From the NCBI GenBank assembly GCA_001938485.1, contig MQRK01224546.1:1-64000 (forward strand): 64,000 nucleotides of DNA. The letters run 5' to 3'. The position numbers were made by a program, and so were the translations under genes. Shown in pieces: positions 1 through 12,790 of this stretch (positions are counted from its first letter, which is position 1; each line of letters begins with the position of its first letter). Source of the stretch: Girardia tigrina (taxonomy: Eukaryota). Below the pieces are notes generated by a model. That model ran no database searches. It saw only the letters and a program-made list of their open reading frames with translations, and was not told where the DNA came from.

Positions 1-57
<57 letters not shown>
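1..57. repeat. (AT)n microsatellite
   Basis: Pure AT dinucleotide run at window start. Confidence 0.95.
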
Positions 58-60
<3 letters not shown>

Positions 61-1811
61 TATTCTTTCACATAGAATGAAAATTTCCTTATTTTTCATA
101 ATTCTATTTTCATAGTTTTATTTGTATATTTTCAGAGATTCCACATTCAGAAATCGATAAGCATAGTTCAAAGCCGGCTCTCGATTTGTACAATTGGGTT
201 TTTTGTTGTAATACTTTAATCCAACACCGTATGAAGATGAATGAAAATCTTCATTAACGACAGAGGGAAACTGATTATGATTTTGGATTGTTATTTAGGA
301 AATTATTGTGAGCAAATAATAATATCTATTTTCAATAAGTTTTTATTTTAATTTCGTTATGATTTTTCATTATGGCGTTGTCAAAAATGTCATGCATTAT
401 GTTCGAAATAAACATAACAATGTGTAACCATTTTTTCCCGCAAAGCAATTTCTATGTCCTTACACAATTTGAGTATGCTGATTACGAATATGATATCAGA
501 TTTTGCACACCATCTAATTATTTGCCGCTATATAATATATTATATTTTTCTGTTTTAGATTAATGCGCAATAGACTTCCATTTTGTTTAAACGTATCAAT
601 AACCCATTTACATTATTAAGTATTTTCAATTACCTTCCATGACGAGCAAGCGAGCTTGTAAGATCTCCCACGACTCTTTTTGCTATATATGCGGGTATTA
701 TACAGGGTGACGCAAAATAAACTCCAAGGTACTTTTCTATTGGATCTTTTTATCCACCTACTTTTTTACAGGTAAAGTATACATTTTTAGAATCCTGAGC
801 GTCGCCAAATTCTGATGGTATATAAAAAAATCAAAAATTAAAAAAAATTTTGAGACGAAAAATTTAACAAGCTTTTTATTCCATAAAAGCATAACAACAA
901 TTAATTATCGAATTTCAACTTGTCCTCCATCTCTAAGAAAACATTCATGCAAACGTCGTCTGTAGTCGGCCACAACGCGTTCACGAAGTACGAGATCTCC
1001 ACGGATTTCATTGGTAACTCCTTCAATCGCTGCTCTCAACTCGTCGAGTGTGCTTGGACGTTGTTCGCGATGATAAATTCGACCTTACATGTAGCCCCAC
1101 AACCAATAGTCACATGCTGTAAGATCTGGTGAGCGAGGTGGCCATGTAACTGGAGCAGGATGCGTCCGTGTTCTGCGACCTATCCATCGATTTGGAAACT
1201 CTTGACCCAACAATTCAAGAAAATCTCCAAGAATGTGTGGCGGAGCGCCGTCATGCTGCTCAATGAGAGAATTGAAATTCGGCGAAGTTTGAAGCTCTGG
1301 AATAACGTGATCTTGATACAATTCAGTCATCCAACGACCATTGATTCCGCGCTCATTTCCTTGTCGCTCCCAAAAGTATGGCCAACAACACATTCGACAC
1401 CAATTCCCATCCAAACTGTCAATTTTTGAAGATGAAGTCGACGAACATCAAACCAATGAGGATATTTATCGGCCCACATGATCCAGTCTTGACGATTGAC
1501 GCTTCTGTCCAAATGAAAGTGGGCTTCATCCGTAAAAAGAAGATTGTTGAGTCTGTTTGCATCTTCATCCAATCGATCCAATTCGGTTCGAGCGGCATAG
1601 TCGGTCTCCTCCAAGGCATGAGCCATTTGCAAATGATAGGGACCCATCTGTAAGTCTTCTTTCAAAATTCGCTGCAAGCCTCTTTGTGACATATGAACTG
1701 TTCCGTGATCGTCTTATTCGCTGTCAGGTCGCCAGTTGAAACAAATGGATTGCGTCGAGTTGATAGATGAGGATTTGCAGTAAAGGCTTCACGGACGTCT
1801 TCAATGGCTTC

Positions 1812-4800
1812 TGTTACGATCGAGAGACACCGCCCGTCAGACCCCACCATCCACTACATCACCTCGTGAGCACGGAATTATTGTAAAATTTGGGAATAGT
1901 CAAACTCGACTATTCCCGTTACGTTTAAGTGTCCCGTGCATCAACAAAGTGACGAGGTCCGGAGGGATCTATGGACGCGTCTTGAGGGTGATCGTAGACC
2001 CCGAAGTGGTCGGAGGATGTTGTTGGGACCTCTTGAAGAATCCTTTGAAATCCTATAAAAAAAATTTTAATTAATTAAAAACTTTGATTTATAAAATAAA
2101 TTACCCGCAATCATTTGACGCCAGTAATTACCAAAACGTTCGCGGTCGTTTCCTCCCTGTTTTCCCCTCGCATCCTGTTTGTTTTGATTGCCGGCGAGCG
2201 ATAATTACAAATCCATAATTGACTGGCATCCGGCAGGGCAGCAATATCTAAAATAACAATTAATCAAAAATTAATTTGAAACAAGTAAATTACTTGCAAT
2301 CAACATTGTGATGACGGAAATCGTTTTTCCCCTCATCCTGTCGTTGAAAATAACAGCCGGTATGGTATAAATAGCCGGCACACAATTTGAAAAGCCAGAA
2401 ATTTGCACAATATCATATTTCGGTTCGATTTTGAAAGCAAAAAAAAATTAATTTGAGGAATCCGAACGAGGTAGCACCTATCATTTTATTATCTCTTATT
2501 TTATTTATTTATTTATTTTTTATTTATTAAATGTTGATATTTTATTAAATAGTAATATTTCATTATTATTATGGAGAGAGTTAAAGGGACGACCCGCCGT
2601 ATTGATATTCGTTATGAGGCGGGGTTATTAGACCCGGGTCGTCTGAGTTGTTGTTAAGCTTGAATACAGTTTTGAGAGATTGAGAGAGAGAAAGAAAAGC
2701 ATAGAAGAGAGAGAAGTGAATTGTTATTTAATGAAAGAATATTGAGAGTCAGGGTTAAGTTATCATAGAAGCGCAGAGTTAAAGTGACTGATATTGTGTT
2801 AAGTGTTGACGTGAGAGCTTGGCTTATCGTTTTATTTTCTTATCTCGATTCGTGCAAGTGAGCGAGAGACAGCGTATTCGAGCTAGTGTAATTTTGTGTA
2901 CAAAAAAAAAATTTTTTAGTGATCGTCATTTTTTACATATTTTGACTTTTAATCATTCAATCAATTAGTATGAGGTATTTTTCCGTACTTATAATTTACT
3001 TTCTGTTTGATGAAGCTTTTCTCTTAGAATTTATTCACAAATAAAATGCTTTGATGTGTATCGATAAGGGTTTGATTACATTTCCTAAATCAACATTACT
3101 TAATAAAGGGATTACTCATTTGGATTTATCAAAAATAATATTCAAATTTTATAGGAAGATGCTTTGGAATATTTGGAAAATTTAATTAATCTCACTTTGG
3201 ATTTTAATAAAATTTGGAATATTACAAATCAAGCGTTCAAAAATGAGAAAAATTTAAAATATTTATCATTACGAAATANNNNNNNNNNNNNNNNNNNNNN
3301 NNNNNNNNNNNNNNNNNNNNNNNNNNNNNNNNNNNNNNNNNNNNNNNNNNNNNNNNNNNNNNNNNNNNNNNNNNNNNNNNNNNNNNNNAAAGTTTTTCAA
3401 CAATTTAAGAAATTTGAAAAAACTTTATTTGGAAGAATTAGTCGAAATTGAAGATGGTGCTCTTTCAAAGTTATATAATCTAAAAAACTTTATCCATGGC
3501 AAAAAAAAATAATTTTGTATCTCTTCCTAGTTCAATGCTGTAAGAATTCCGAGAAATGCAGCTTAAACTCTATTATTACATTCTAATCCATGGGCATGTG
3601 ATTGTCGGATGAGATGGTTCAAGAGATGATTGATTGGTATGAAACGTAATAAACCTCTAGAAAATGTCTTAAAAAATATTAATCCAATGANNNNNNNNNN
3701 NNNNNNNNNNNNNNNNNNNNNNNNNNNNNNNNNNNNNNNNNNNNNNNNNNNNNNNNNNNNNNNNNNNNNNNNNNNNNNNNNNAAAATTGTAATTGCAAAT
3801 AATTTAGATAATATAACGATGTCTTGCTAGTTTGAAAGCCATCCAAAAAATCTTATGTGAAGTGGTTTAAGACTGGAATACTTATTCAAGATCATTGGGA
3901 AAGAATAAAACAATTTTCTAATTTAATTGATTTTTCGTAATTATGCGGATGATTTGTTCAATGAACCTTCAAGATCTAATAGTGAACACTGGCTTTGTTC
4001 TGCATCAAATGTATCAGAGAATAATATGGAACCTATAGGAATATTTGATGAAGAAAATCAATTGATTTCACCAAATTATACTAATAAGCATTCTGAAAAT
4101 ACTGTGAATCAAATTGATTTAAACTATCAAAAGTTAAGTTATGCTTCAAAGATAGATTTATGCAATCCATCTGATCAAACATTATGAAATTACTTTGAAC
4201 AACCTTGCATTACATCGTTTAATTCACAATATAAAGACATCGAAAATATTACTATTTATAAAAGTGAATTTAATCAATTGGATTTATTTAATAATAATAT
4301 TGTACCTTTACCTAATGCCAAATAATCTTATTTCATGTCACCATATAATTTGCGTGATTTGCCTTAACCTTTTAGTTCAGACAAATAACTCGCGACCGGG
4401 GTACGATTTTGTCGAATAATTTCTAGAATTTGTAATCCACATTTCTATTTTCTATTTGGAAACCAGTTTTCTGGAGATTAGGACATAGATATCCCTTTAG
4501 CAATTAAATATTAGTTTGAATTATTTCTATTAATCAAAACACTTAATACTAAATTCATTATCCAACGAATTGATAACTAGTTATTATTAATTATTATAGA
4601 TATTATTATTACTAAATAGTTAGAATTTATATAGTTTAATTATGAATTTAGAAATCCAAACAACGGGTTAAATTTTACTTTTAGGGAGTTTTTCGTATAA
4701 ATCAATTTAAAATTTTTGCTAATTCGTCAAGCTACTATTACATTATAATAAATCTTCTAAATGAAATAAAATAAAGTAGAGTCAAAAAGAGAGGGAAATA

Positions 4801-5456
4801 ATCAGCTGTAAGTTTTCTGAGATTAATAAAATAATAATTAAATGAGATAATAAAAGATATTTGAAACCAAGTAATGGTAAGGAAGGGTGACTTTTCGAGG
4901 AAGNNNNNNNNNNNNNNNNNNNNNNNNNNNNNNNNNNNNNNNNNNNNNNNNNNNNNNNNNNNNNNNNNNNNNNNNNNNNNNNNNNNNNNNNNNNNNNNNN
5001 NNNNNNNNNNNNNNNNNNNNNNNNNNNNNNNNNNNNNNNNNNNNNNNNNNNNNNNNNNNNNNGAGATGGTGCAGATCGACCATAGAATGCATAGGGGCAC
5101 GTGGTTCGATCGTCGCTTATTTTCTTGAGGCTCTTCTCGTTCACGACATGAAATGGCAGTCCAAAGTTTAGAATAATGTTAATAAAGGATAAAAGCATCG
5201 AACCCTCAAGAAGCTGAGACCACCGGTCGGGCAATACTCGCTACCGGTTTGAACCCGAAGGCGCTCCGATGCACACACAACTTGTTGATGTGCGCGGAGG
5301 AGACGCGTCTGTTCCCATAAGCAATAAGAAGACAGAGAGCAATCACCGAGGGGAGTATGAAGAGATATAAGATAAGTGTGAGTTGCCGTTTAACTCAGGA
5401 AAGCGGATGGGGGCTCAGGGCCAACGAAGATGTCTTAAAACGGAGGGAACACGACA
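1812..5456. mobile_element. Large solo-LTR-like insertion (TG...CA, 4-bp TSD CTTC)
   Basis: Starts TGTTACG, ends CACGACA; CTTC duplicated at 1808-1811 and 5457-5460. Removal restores transposase RVRTKEAIEDVREAF. No gag/pol inside; length includes N gaps. Confidence 0.75.
2970..3900 (+). pseudogene. LRR-LRRCT-Ig cell-surface protein pseudogene (Kekkon/LRFN-like architecture), no introns in the visible sequence
   Basis: Signal-like MRYFSVLIIYFLF; LRRs ITHLDLSK, LENLINLTLDFNKIW, LKYLSLRN; LRRCT SNPWACDCRMRWF (~3582-3620); Ig-like NITMSC...VKWFK. Stops and frameshifts; two N gaps. Confidence 0.75.
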
Positions 5457-6320
5457 CTTCTTTGGTGCGAACACGTTTTGGCTTGTTCTTTCCGCGCTTT
5501 CCATGGACACTTCCAGTCGCTCGAAAATCGTCAATCCATTTTACAATGACTCTTTTTTCCGGAATCTTTGCTCGATCATTTCTTGTTTCACTTCGGATTC
5601 GAGTTCTGAGCTGTGCATAATCATAGGCTTCCTCAACAAGCATCAAAACGAGATTAGCTTTTTGCTGATCCGTACACGTCATTTGAATCAAATTTTATGG
5701 TAAAACTTTCTAAGTTCATTTAAAAAAACGCTTGTTAAATTTTTCGTCTCAAATTTTTTTTTTAATTTTTGATGTTTTTTTTCGATTTTCTTTATATACC
5801 ATCAGAATTTGGCGACGCTCAGGATTCTAAAAATGTATACTTTACCTATAAAAAAGTAGGTGGATAAAAAGATCCAATAGAAAAGTACCTTGGAGTTTAT
5901 TTTACCCTGTTTAGCTCCAAAACAACGAAAATATGCATTTTCAACTGGTAGTAAATTATGCACTGCTTATGAGGCTTACTTTGGTGTTCCTGTCACTGAT
6001 CAAAACGAATCATGGGCCTCACATATCAGTTGTGATATTGCCGGTCAAATTTAGGAAAATGGCTAAATGGTAATCTCAGCAGCATGCCTTTTTGAATCCC
6101 TCGGATATGGAGAGAGCCAACAAATCACCACGATGAATGCTATTACTGTATGGTAGACATTTCCCAATTTAAAAATCCCAGAGATGGAAAAAGTCTTATT
6201 TATCCCATCATCTTTAGCCCCCGTGCTCCACTCTAAAGAATTACCAGTAGCTTAACCACCACCTTTAAAAGACATCGTTGACGATGAGTTTTCTCATAAA
6301 GAAGATAGTGACGCTGACGT

Positions 6321-6848
6321 GGATCATTCCAGCTCTGATCTCAGCACAATTTGTTCAACATTTACCGGGCACATCTATAGCATCCGCCCTGCTAAACTGA
6401 GATCTCCATATATTGGATCGGCTGAAGTTAATGAGAAACGTTTAAATAACGATCAATTGCAGAGACTCTATACATGCAATCCAAAGGCATTCATGGATAT
6501 CATTCGACCTAAAGTTAAAGCTACTGCAAAACCTTCTCCGCAGGCTTTTACTGATAATGTAAATGAACACAATCGTGCTACTCTCTTTGTTCTAGACTCT
6601 TGATTGCCCTATCTCTCGTAAAGCTGAGTTTGATTTCCAACCTCCATCCAGTATTAAAATTGTGAATTGTCTTCAGTCGAAGGATAAGTCTTCACCCGGC
6701 CAAAGTGGTATCTCTTACAAAGATATCCTCTATTGTGACCCTGAAGGGATAATTTGCGAGAAAATCTTTTGTATGATCTTAAAAACCAAGACTGTTCCGA
6801 CTGACTTGAAAACATTTAGCCCTCTTATGATAACAAAAGCTGATAAGA
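6321..6848 (+). mobile_element. Internal fragment of the NeSL-like element (inverted copy of ~15633-16158)
   Basis: Near-identical peptide DHSSSDLSTICS...ATLFVLDS...KDILYCD to ORF 15732..16319(-). Confidence 0.9.
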
Positions 6849-9800
6849 AACGTATAAGTATAAGCTTATAAGAAACGTAGGACTTATGAAATCAAATGCT
6901 GAACTACTTACATCTCGTTTGAAAGAGTGGAATTTGCTGGGTCCAACCTGCAAATCATCAATTTATCGAAAACGACATGAACGTTTCTCGAAGTTTTATG
7001 CGATGAGACTCGTTGTGCTCAGACGTGACTGGGCTTTTTCAAGAAATTGGTTATGAACATCATCCAAGTCACTGGCGGCTATTTATCGACAGCTCAAGTA
7101 GAAGCCTAAAGGCTGATTTACTCCATAACGCCAATATTTTCCCTTCTATCAAAATAGCCCATTCCGTCCACCCCAAAGAAGAGTACGGAAATGTGAAAAT
7201 CTTATTACAAGTGATTGATTACGACAAATATAAGTGAGAGGTCTGCACAGACTTTAAAATGATTGGATTTTTGATTGGATTACAAGGGGGATATACAAAA
7301 TATTCCTGCTTTCTTTATCTCTGGGACAGTCGGGCTTCAGACCAACACTTTGCTACAAAAGATTGACCCCTTAGAGATGCACTTCTTCCTGGAAAGTACA
7401 ATGTCATACACTCTCCTTTCGTCAGAAAAGAAATGATCTTGCTGCCGCCATTGCATGTAAAGCTTGGATTTGCGAAACAATTAGTAAAAGCTTTAAATCC
7501 CAGCGGACGGGCTTTCAAATATGTTACAAAAATTTCCAAGCTGGTGTATTCACGGGCCCTCAAATTAGACTTATGTTGGCGGCAGAGGACTTGGAAAAGA
7601 AGATTACTCCTAAAGAAAGGAATGCCTGGAGAGCCTTAAGGAAAGTTGTGGAACGATTATTGGGAAATAAGAAAAGTGACGAGTACCAACTACTGATCAG
7701 GGATTTGCTCAAACACTTCGAAAAACTGGGCTACATAATGTCGGTGAAACTTCATTATTTGCATTCTCATCTACATTAGTTTCGGGAAAACATTGGTGAC
7801 TTTAGCGAGGAATAGGGGGAACGCTTCCACCAGGATATGCAAACAAGGGAGAAAATGCACCAAGGAAATTGGGATACAGCAATGATTGGAGATTACCTTT
7901 TGTTTTTGATTAGAGACGATAGCACACAACATAAAAGACAGTCTCGTTCAAACCTTGACTTTTGATTGTTCACACATGACTTTACAATCCAATGTTATGC
8001 TAATCTTGTCAGTTTGAGCTTATTTGCTATGAATATTTTGAACTATAACTTCTTGTGGAACATTTTCTAGTCAATAAAACAAATCTGAAACGAAAAAAAT
8101 TAAAAAATGAGGGTTTTTTTGCTAAATTCTTTTTTTTAAATTCCAAGGTTAATTCGGTGACAAAAAAAAGAAAACCGATGACAAATTCAAAAGCAGTAAT
8201 TTGAAAAGTATCAAAAATTCTGAAAACCATTTGCGGGAGAAACTTTCAAAAAAATTTGTTACACAGTTCAATAGACCATCATTTACGCATATCCATTCAA
8301 TCATACTCAAAACATTCTCCATCAAGGGGAAGAATGCCTGACGCTCACATTTAAACCAACGTCCCAGATACAAAAACACCATAGACAAGAGCGCCGCAAC
8401 CACGTTCTGTTACCTGAAATGTTGTTGGTAAAAGAGCGGGCGCTATGTGGATGCCGAGCTCCGGTGTCTCTGGAAGTAGGGGGGGGGAACTTCAAAGGCT
8501 TACTGGAGTTTTTGTTCATATGACCCATGTTGTACGATATCTCGACGTTGGCGATTTCATTCTACAGCTATTTCTATTTTAACAATTATATTCGATCATT
8601 GCTTCGACGGCGGCTCGTTGACAATCTCGTTAGCTCTCTCCTTTTTTCGTTTAACGCTGCCTCGATTTTTACTGTCTTTGATTTTGGCCATAATCGGTTC
8701 ATATTTTTTGCGATGAAGACGTAACTCTCGGCCGATTCTGATACCTTTTTTGCTTTCCTCGTGTATTTTGATAGAAAAGTTTAAATTTTCACTTTGTCAT
8801 TTTCATGGAAAACCAAAACATCCTTAAACGGAATCGTCAAGATATAAATTGATCCATCAATGCATCCGACGTCAATCGATACTTTGACGGTGTGAATAAT
8901 TTTCATCTGGTAGACCACACAACTTTTTTTAACAAAACATTTTTCATTAAATTAGTTTTACGATTAATGATATAAATATTTCCTTTATTCATACCGACCA
9001 CAACAATATCGACATTCACATCGAATGCCGTTTTTATTACATTGAGTTTGTTAATAAATTTCCTTTTGAAAATTTCGAAATATTTTTTTAAAATCTATTG
9101 AATTTATTTATGTTCAATAATTCTTATTTTACTTGGCATAATCTAATTCAAAAAGAAAAATTTTTTAAATGAACAAAAAGACGTAACTTAAATTTCATTC
9201 AAATAACCGATTAAAAATTTTTATTTTTCAATTTTTCACAAATAAACTTTTCGAACTTTTTTTTAGAAAATACCAAAACAACTGATGAAAACTGCTCACA
9301 CACAATGAAACAATTTTATTTCATAAAATTCAAACGGGACAATCAAATTGGGCCACAAAAACAAAATCTGACCAATCATAACCGAAAATTCCTCCACTTT
9401 ATATTTCATAAAATTTTTAAAAAATGTATTTTTAGCAACATTGATTTTTTTACATTTAATTTATTATAACAATATGTATTTTTATTTTATTTATTTAATT
9501 TAAAAAAATAGAAAAAATATTTACATTATAAACAAAGTTAAAGCAGACGTTACAATCATTTAATTCTGAAATGGAGAAGTTGTTATTATTTTTTGTACGA
9601 ATAAAAAATTTAAAACACAAAAATTAAAAACCACAAATATTTATTATTATTAAAATCTTACAATTGCCCAGACGGGACTTTATCTGAGTGTTTGTTGGCA
9701 GTTTTTTTCTGCAGCGGCACGGTTCGCCAGTCGGTGTTCACTGCATGTGAGCTCAATACATCAGTTTGTTCAAGTACATCTGTCGCGACCCTCTCGAGTG

Positions 9801-9908
9801 TAAACATTTTTAAAAGCTCGTGAGCCCTCAGTGGTTGTTAAGGGTCAACCACAACCCATTCTAAATTTATTTCGATTTTAATGACTTTATACATAGGGTC
9901 GGACGCTT

Positions 9909-9988
9909 CCTATTTTGCTTGACATCTGCCTAGCAGTGCCAAGCTCAAGGGGCCTTCGGGTTCAGTTAAAGGTAGGATGGGCTATAGG
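9909..9988 (+). ncRNA. Twister-ribozyme-like motif (type P1 with P5 hairpin), degenerate
   Basis: U-GA, P2 CAUCUGCC / GGUAGGAUG, P4-L4 AG-UGCCAAG-CU, P5 GGGCC-UUCG-GGUUC, UUAAA, then GG able to pair with loop CC. Cleavage-site UAA reads UGA and P1 is imperfect. Confidence 0.55.
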
Positions 9989-11187
9989 CCCCCCTCCTGG
10001 GTCAGCATCAATAGGGGATGCATTCAATTTGTACAACTATCTCGCTTATGCCTGTCTGTAAAGATGTGCTGGTATCGTATATTTGGAAGGTTGGTTTGTT
10101 GCCAAAACTAGGGGTTGTTATAAAGTCGTCGTCGAAGATTATTATTTTCGGTTATCTTATCTCCGTTGTATTTCAGAAGCCAAATCTCCAATACTGAGCG
10201 TATCTTATCAATTTGTTAATTAGCGATATTTATTTTAACTAAATGATATTCGCAATTTAAATAGTAGTTAAATATCACTTTATTCCACTGAACTTTAAGC
10301 TGATCATTCTGACACTCCAGTCATAATAAAAGACAAAACAAAATGTGAAAATAGCTATTTCAAAGTTTCTACTCATTGTATTTATTTGAGGGACTTAATC
10401 GAGAAATTTCAGGATTTTCAGAGTTCGAAATTTAGTGGCATTTATCAGAAAAATTTCGAAGAGTTTTGATAATAAATTTCATCGGTGAATTCTACATATT
10501 CACCCTGGTCATTTGACAAATTATAAACTTATCATAATGAATTTGTCACAAGAAAGTTTATCATAACAGATTGTCAAGAGTATAATTATCAAAAATGAGA
10601 TAAAATTTACGAAATTTCGCAGAATTTTTGTAACAATATCTTAAGTTTCGCTACATACTCGTTCTAATTAATAAAAATTCATTTCGATTACAAATTTATT
10701 TACTTATAAAAAGTCACCTGAAAATCTTAAATAAAAAAATCTATTGAATAAATAAAATCATAAAGATATTTATTATTCAAATTCATAATATATACAAAAA
10801 TTTTAGTTTAAAATTATGTTTAAATATTTCAATTTTATCTTCGAGGTAGCGTCCCCAAATCGAATCTCGTCGAATTTTATTTTCACGTTTCTGGCGGAAC
10901 GGAGTTTTCTCTTGACTCTGTCGCCATTTGATTAATCTAGGCGATTCGCGCTTCCACATTGGCTGGAACTCTCTCGATACGATCGCCTCAGTTAAACAAC
11001 TTAATGATAACGGTCGCTCCTCGACGATGATTAAGGCACTGCGACCTTCATTAATAGATTCAGACAGTCGGTAATTACTCCGGGACATCTGTGACGTAGA
11101 ACGGCGGTGGCGACGGGGACGGCTACGAAGGGCGGCGGTTGTTGGGACCTAACGGCTTGGAACTCGTGGCTGCATGGGCTAAATCGG

Positions 11188-11530
11188 CAGAGCCCATCGG
11201 TACTTAAACTCGGTTAGGTAATATTATATTCGATCGGTAATTATTTATAATTGAATTAACTACTAGAAAAGAGAAAAAGGTTAAATATAAACTATAAGTC
11301 AATTTAAAATAAATTCAATTCAAACATTTATTTAAATTTTTAGACCAGAATAAATTTTTAAACCAGAGCCCATCGGTACTTAAACTCGGTTAGGTAATAT
11401 TATATTCGATCGGTAATTATTTATAATTGAATTAACTACTAGAAAAGAGAAAAAGGTTAAATATAAACTATAAGTCAATTTAAAATAAATTCAATTCAAA
11501 CATTTATTTAAATTTTTAGACCAGAATAAA
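11188..11530. repeat. Near-perfect tandem duplication, 167-bp copies, period 176
   Basis: CAGAGCCCATCGG...CCAGAATAAA at 11188-11354 and 11364-11530. Confidence 0.95.
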
Positions 11531-11945
11531 ACTCGTTATAAAATAAATACAATACAAGAATTTAATTTTACTGTAAAAGTATCCGGGGAGTGTTAAAGCT
11601 CGGGACAATTGTTTGTTCACGCGTCGCTCTTCGCTGGTTGTCTTGATATTAAGTCTTGTCTTGACACAGTCACGGTCCTGCACTCGAATTGGTCGTCTCA
11701 AGTCGCGGCTGTGGCTCTCTTTTCGATTTCGCTTCCGTATAACGCCAATGAATCCGCTCTGTGGCCGATCGTTAGCGTTTTCCTCTGGTTATTAACGGGT
11801 TTCTTCCTCCTGATTTCGTTGAATTTGCCTACTGCGGTCCGTTACTCAAATTAGTTTTCTTGAAGGTGCGTTTATACGTCGTCTCAAGCGTCTATCAAAA
11901 TTGTGCAACTTGGTTAAAAATGATTTCTCTTTTATATTTAATCTA

Positions 11946-12790
11946 GGTTGTCCTGTCATCTTCGAGTGACCAACCAGGTTCTACCAACCAATCGTCTGAA
12001 AATTCTGCGATGCTGGTTGGTCTGGCTGGTAAGTGTGTCTCTAAAAATTTTCGAAATTTCTAAAAATTATTTATTTTATTATAGGATCTGAAGCTCGTGT
12101 GTCTTTACACACTCTCCAATCTCTGAAACATGCCTGCTGCTGATTCATGGATGATTCGTCAGCTGACGATTATTTTCGGATTCTGGGTTGACTCATGGTA
12201 AGATTAATTAATTTTCTATTTTCTTAATTAATTGTTTGATCTTTCAGGACCTATAACTTTCCTCAGGGTGGTCCTATGACTTCGCGGGTTTCGTCCACGG
12301 ATTGTCCGCGCGATATTCTATTATGAGAGGGTCGGCTGACCCCTTAACTCTGCTGGATAATTCAGTAGGTGACTTTGTTATTTTTTGTCTGGTTTTTAAT
12401 TAATTTTTTCTTCGAAGGGTGAATAACTTCTTTCAAGGATCCGCTGTTATCTTACACGCTCCGCCCATGGATCCGTCTCGCGAGGGGCTACGCGAAGGGG
12501 TTCGGTTGACCTCTCAGCTCCAATGGATAATTCTGTAGGCGACTTTATTAATTTTTGGGTTTATTTTAATTAATTCTTTTCCTTTTAAGATCCGTAACTA
12601 TTCTCGGGGACATGAAAATCCTCGACGGGCCATCACTCAGGGTTTCTCTTGTCATATCGGGTAATTTTTGTGTCGACTTTATCTATTTTATTCATTTATA
12701 TGATTATTTTTAGTCTTCGCACAACATTCACGGCTTTCGAGGGGATCAGGAATGGAACAATGAAACGATTCTTCCTTTGTCGTAAACTTT
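11946..12790 (+). other. Array of GC-richer exon-like blocks separated by five micro-introns; no open frame found
   Basis: Intron-like 12029-12084, 12198-12247, 12369-12417, 12539-12589 (GC-AG), 12661-12713. Two exon ends are duplicates (GGTCGGCTGACC..GGATAATTCAGTAG vs GGTTCGGTTGACC..GGATAATTCTGTAG). Confidence 0.5.

Larger units (their letters stand above)
703..5909 (-). mobile_element. Tc1/mariner transposon of the DD41D (rosa/Visitor)-like family, inserted in the Chapaev transposase
   Basis: ~190-bp TIRs (703-892 / 5729-5909, CAGGGTG...), TA at left flank. N-terminal HTH at 5460-5691 (IVKWIDDFRATGSV); catalytic part at 1085-1810 (FTDEAHF, QHDGAPPH, WPPRSPDLTACDYWLWGY). Frameshifted. Confidence 0.9.
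418..8268 (+). mobile_element. Chapaev3-type (CMC superfamily) DNA transposon, degenerate, with two nested insertions
   Basis: Imperfect TIRs CAATGTGTAAC..TCCCGCAAA (418) and TTTGCGGGA..GTTACACAGTT (8268), flanked by TAA/CAA. Transposase MTSKRACKISHDSFCYICGYY (639-700) resumes at 5917 with YEAYFGVPVTDQNESWASH, WREPTNHHDECYYC, AELLTSRLKEWNLL, WRLFIDSSSRSLKA, LLPPLHVKLG, MSVKLHYLHSHL, GERFHQD. Many stops and frameshifts. Confidence 0.85.

Noticed and set aside
8280-9140. Possible Harbinger nuclease (GCIDGS) or BIR-like remnant on the minus strand
   Set aside because: One short motif without supporting motifs; identity not supportable.
9282-9312. CTGATGA...GAAA hammerhead-like core (also at 19350)
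   Set aside because: No stem II or stem I pairing.
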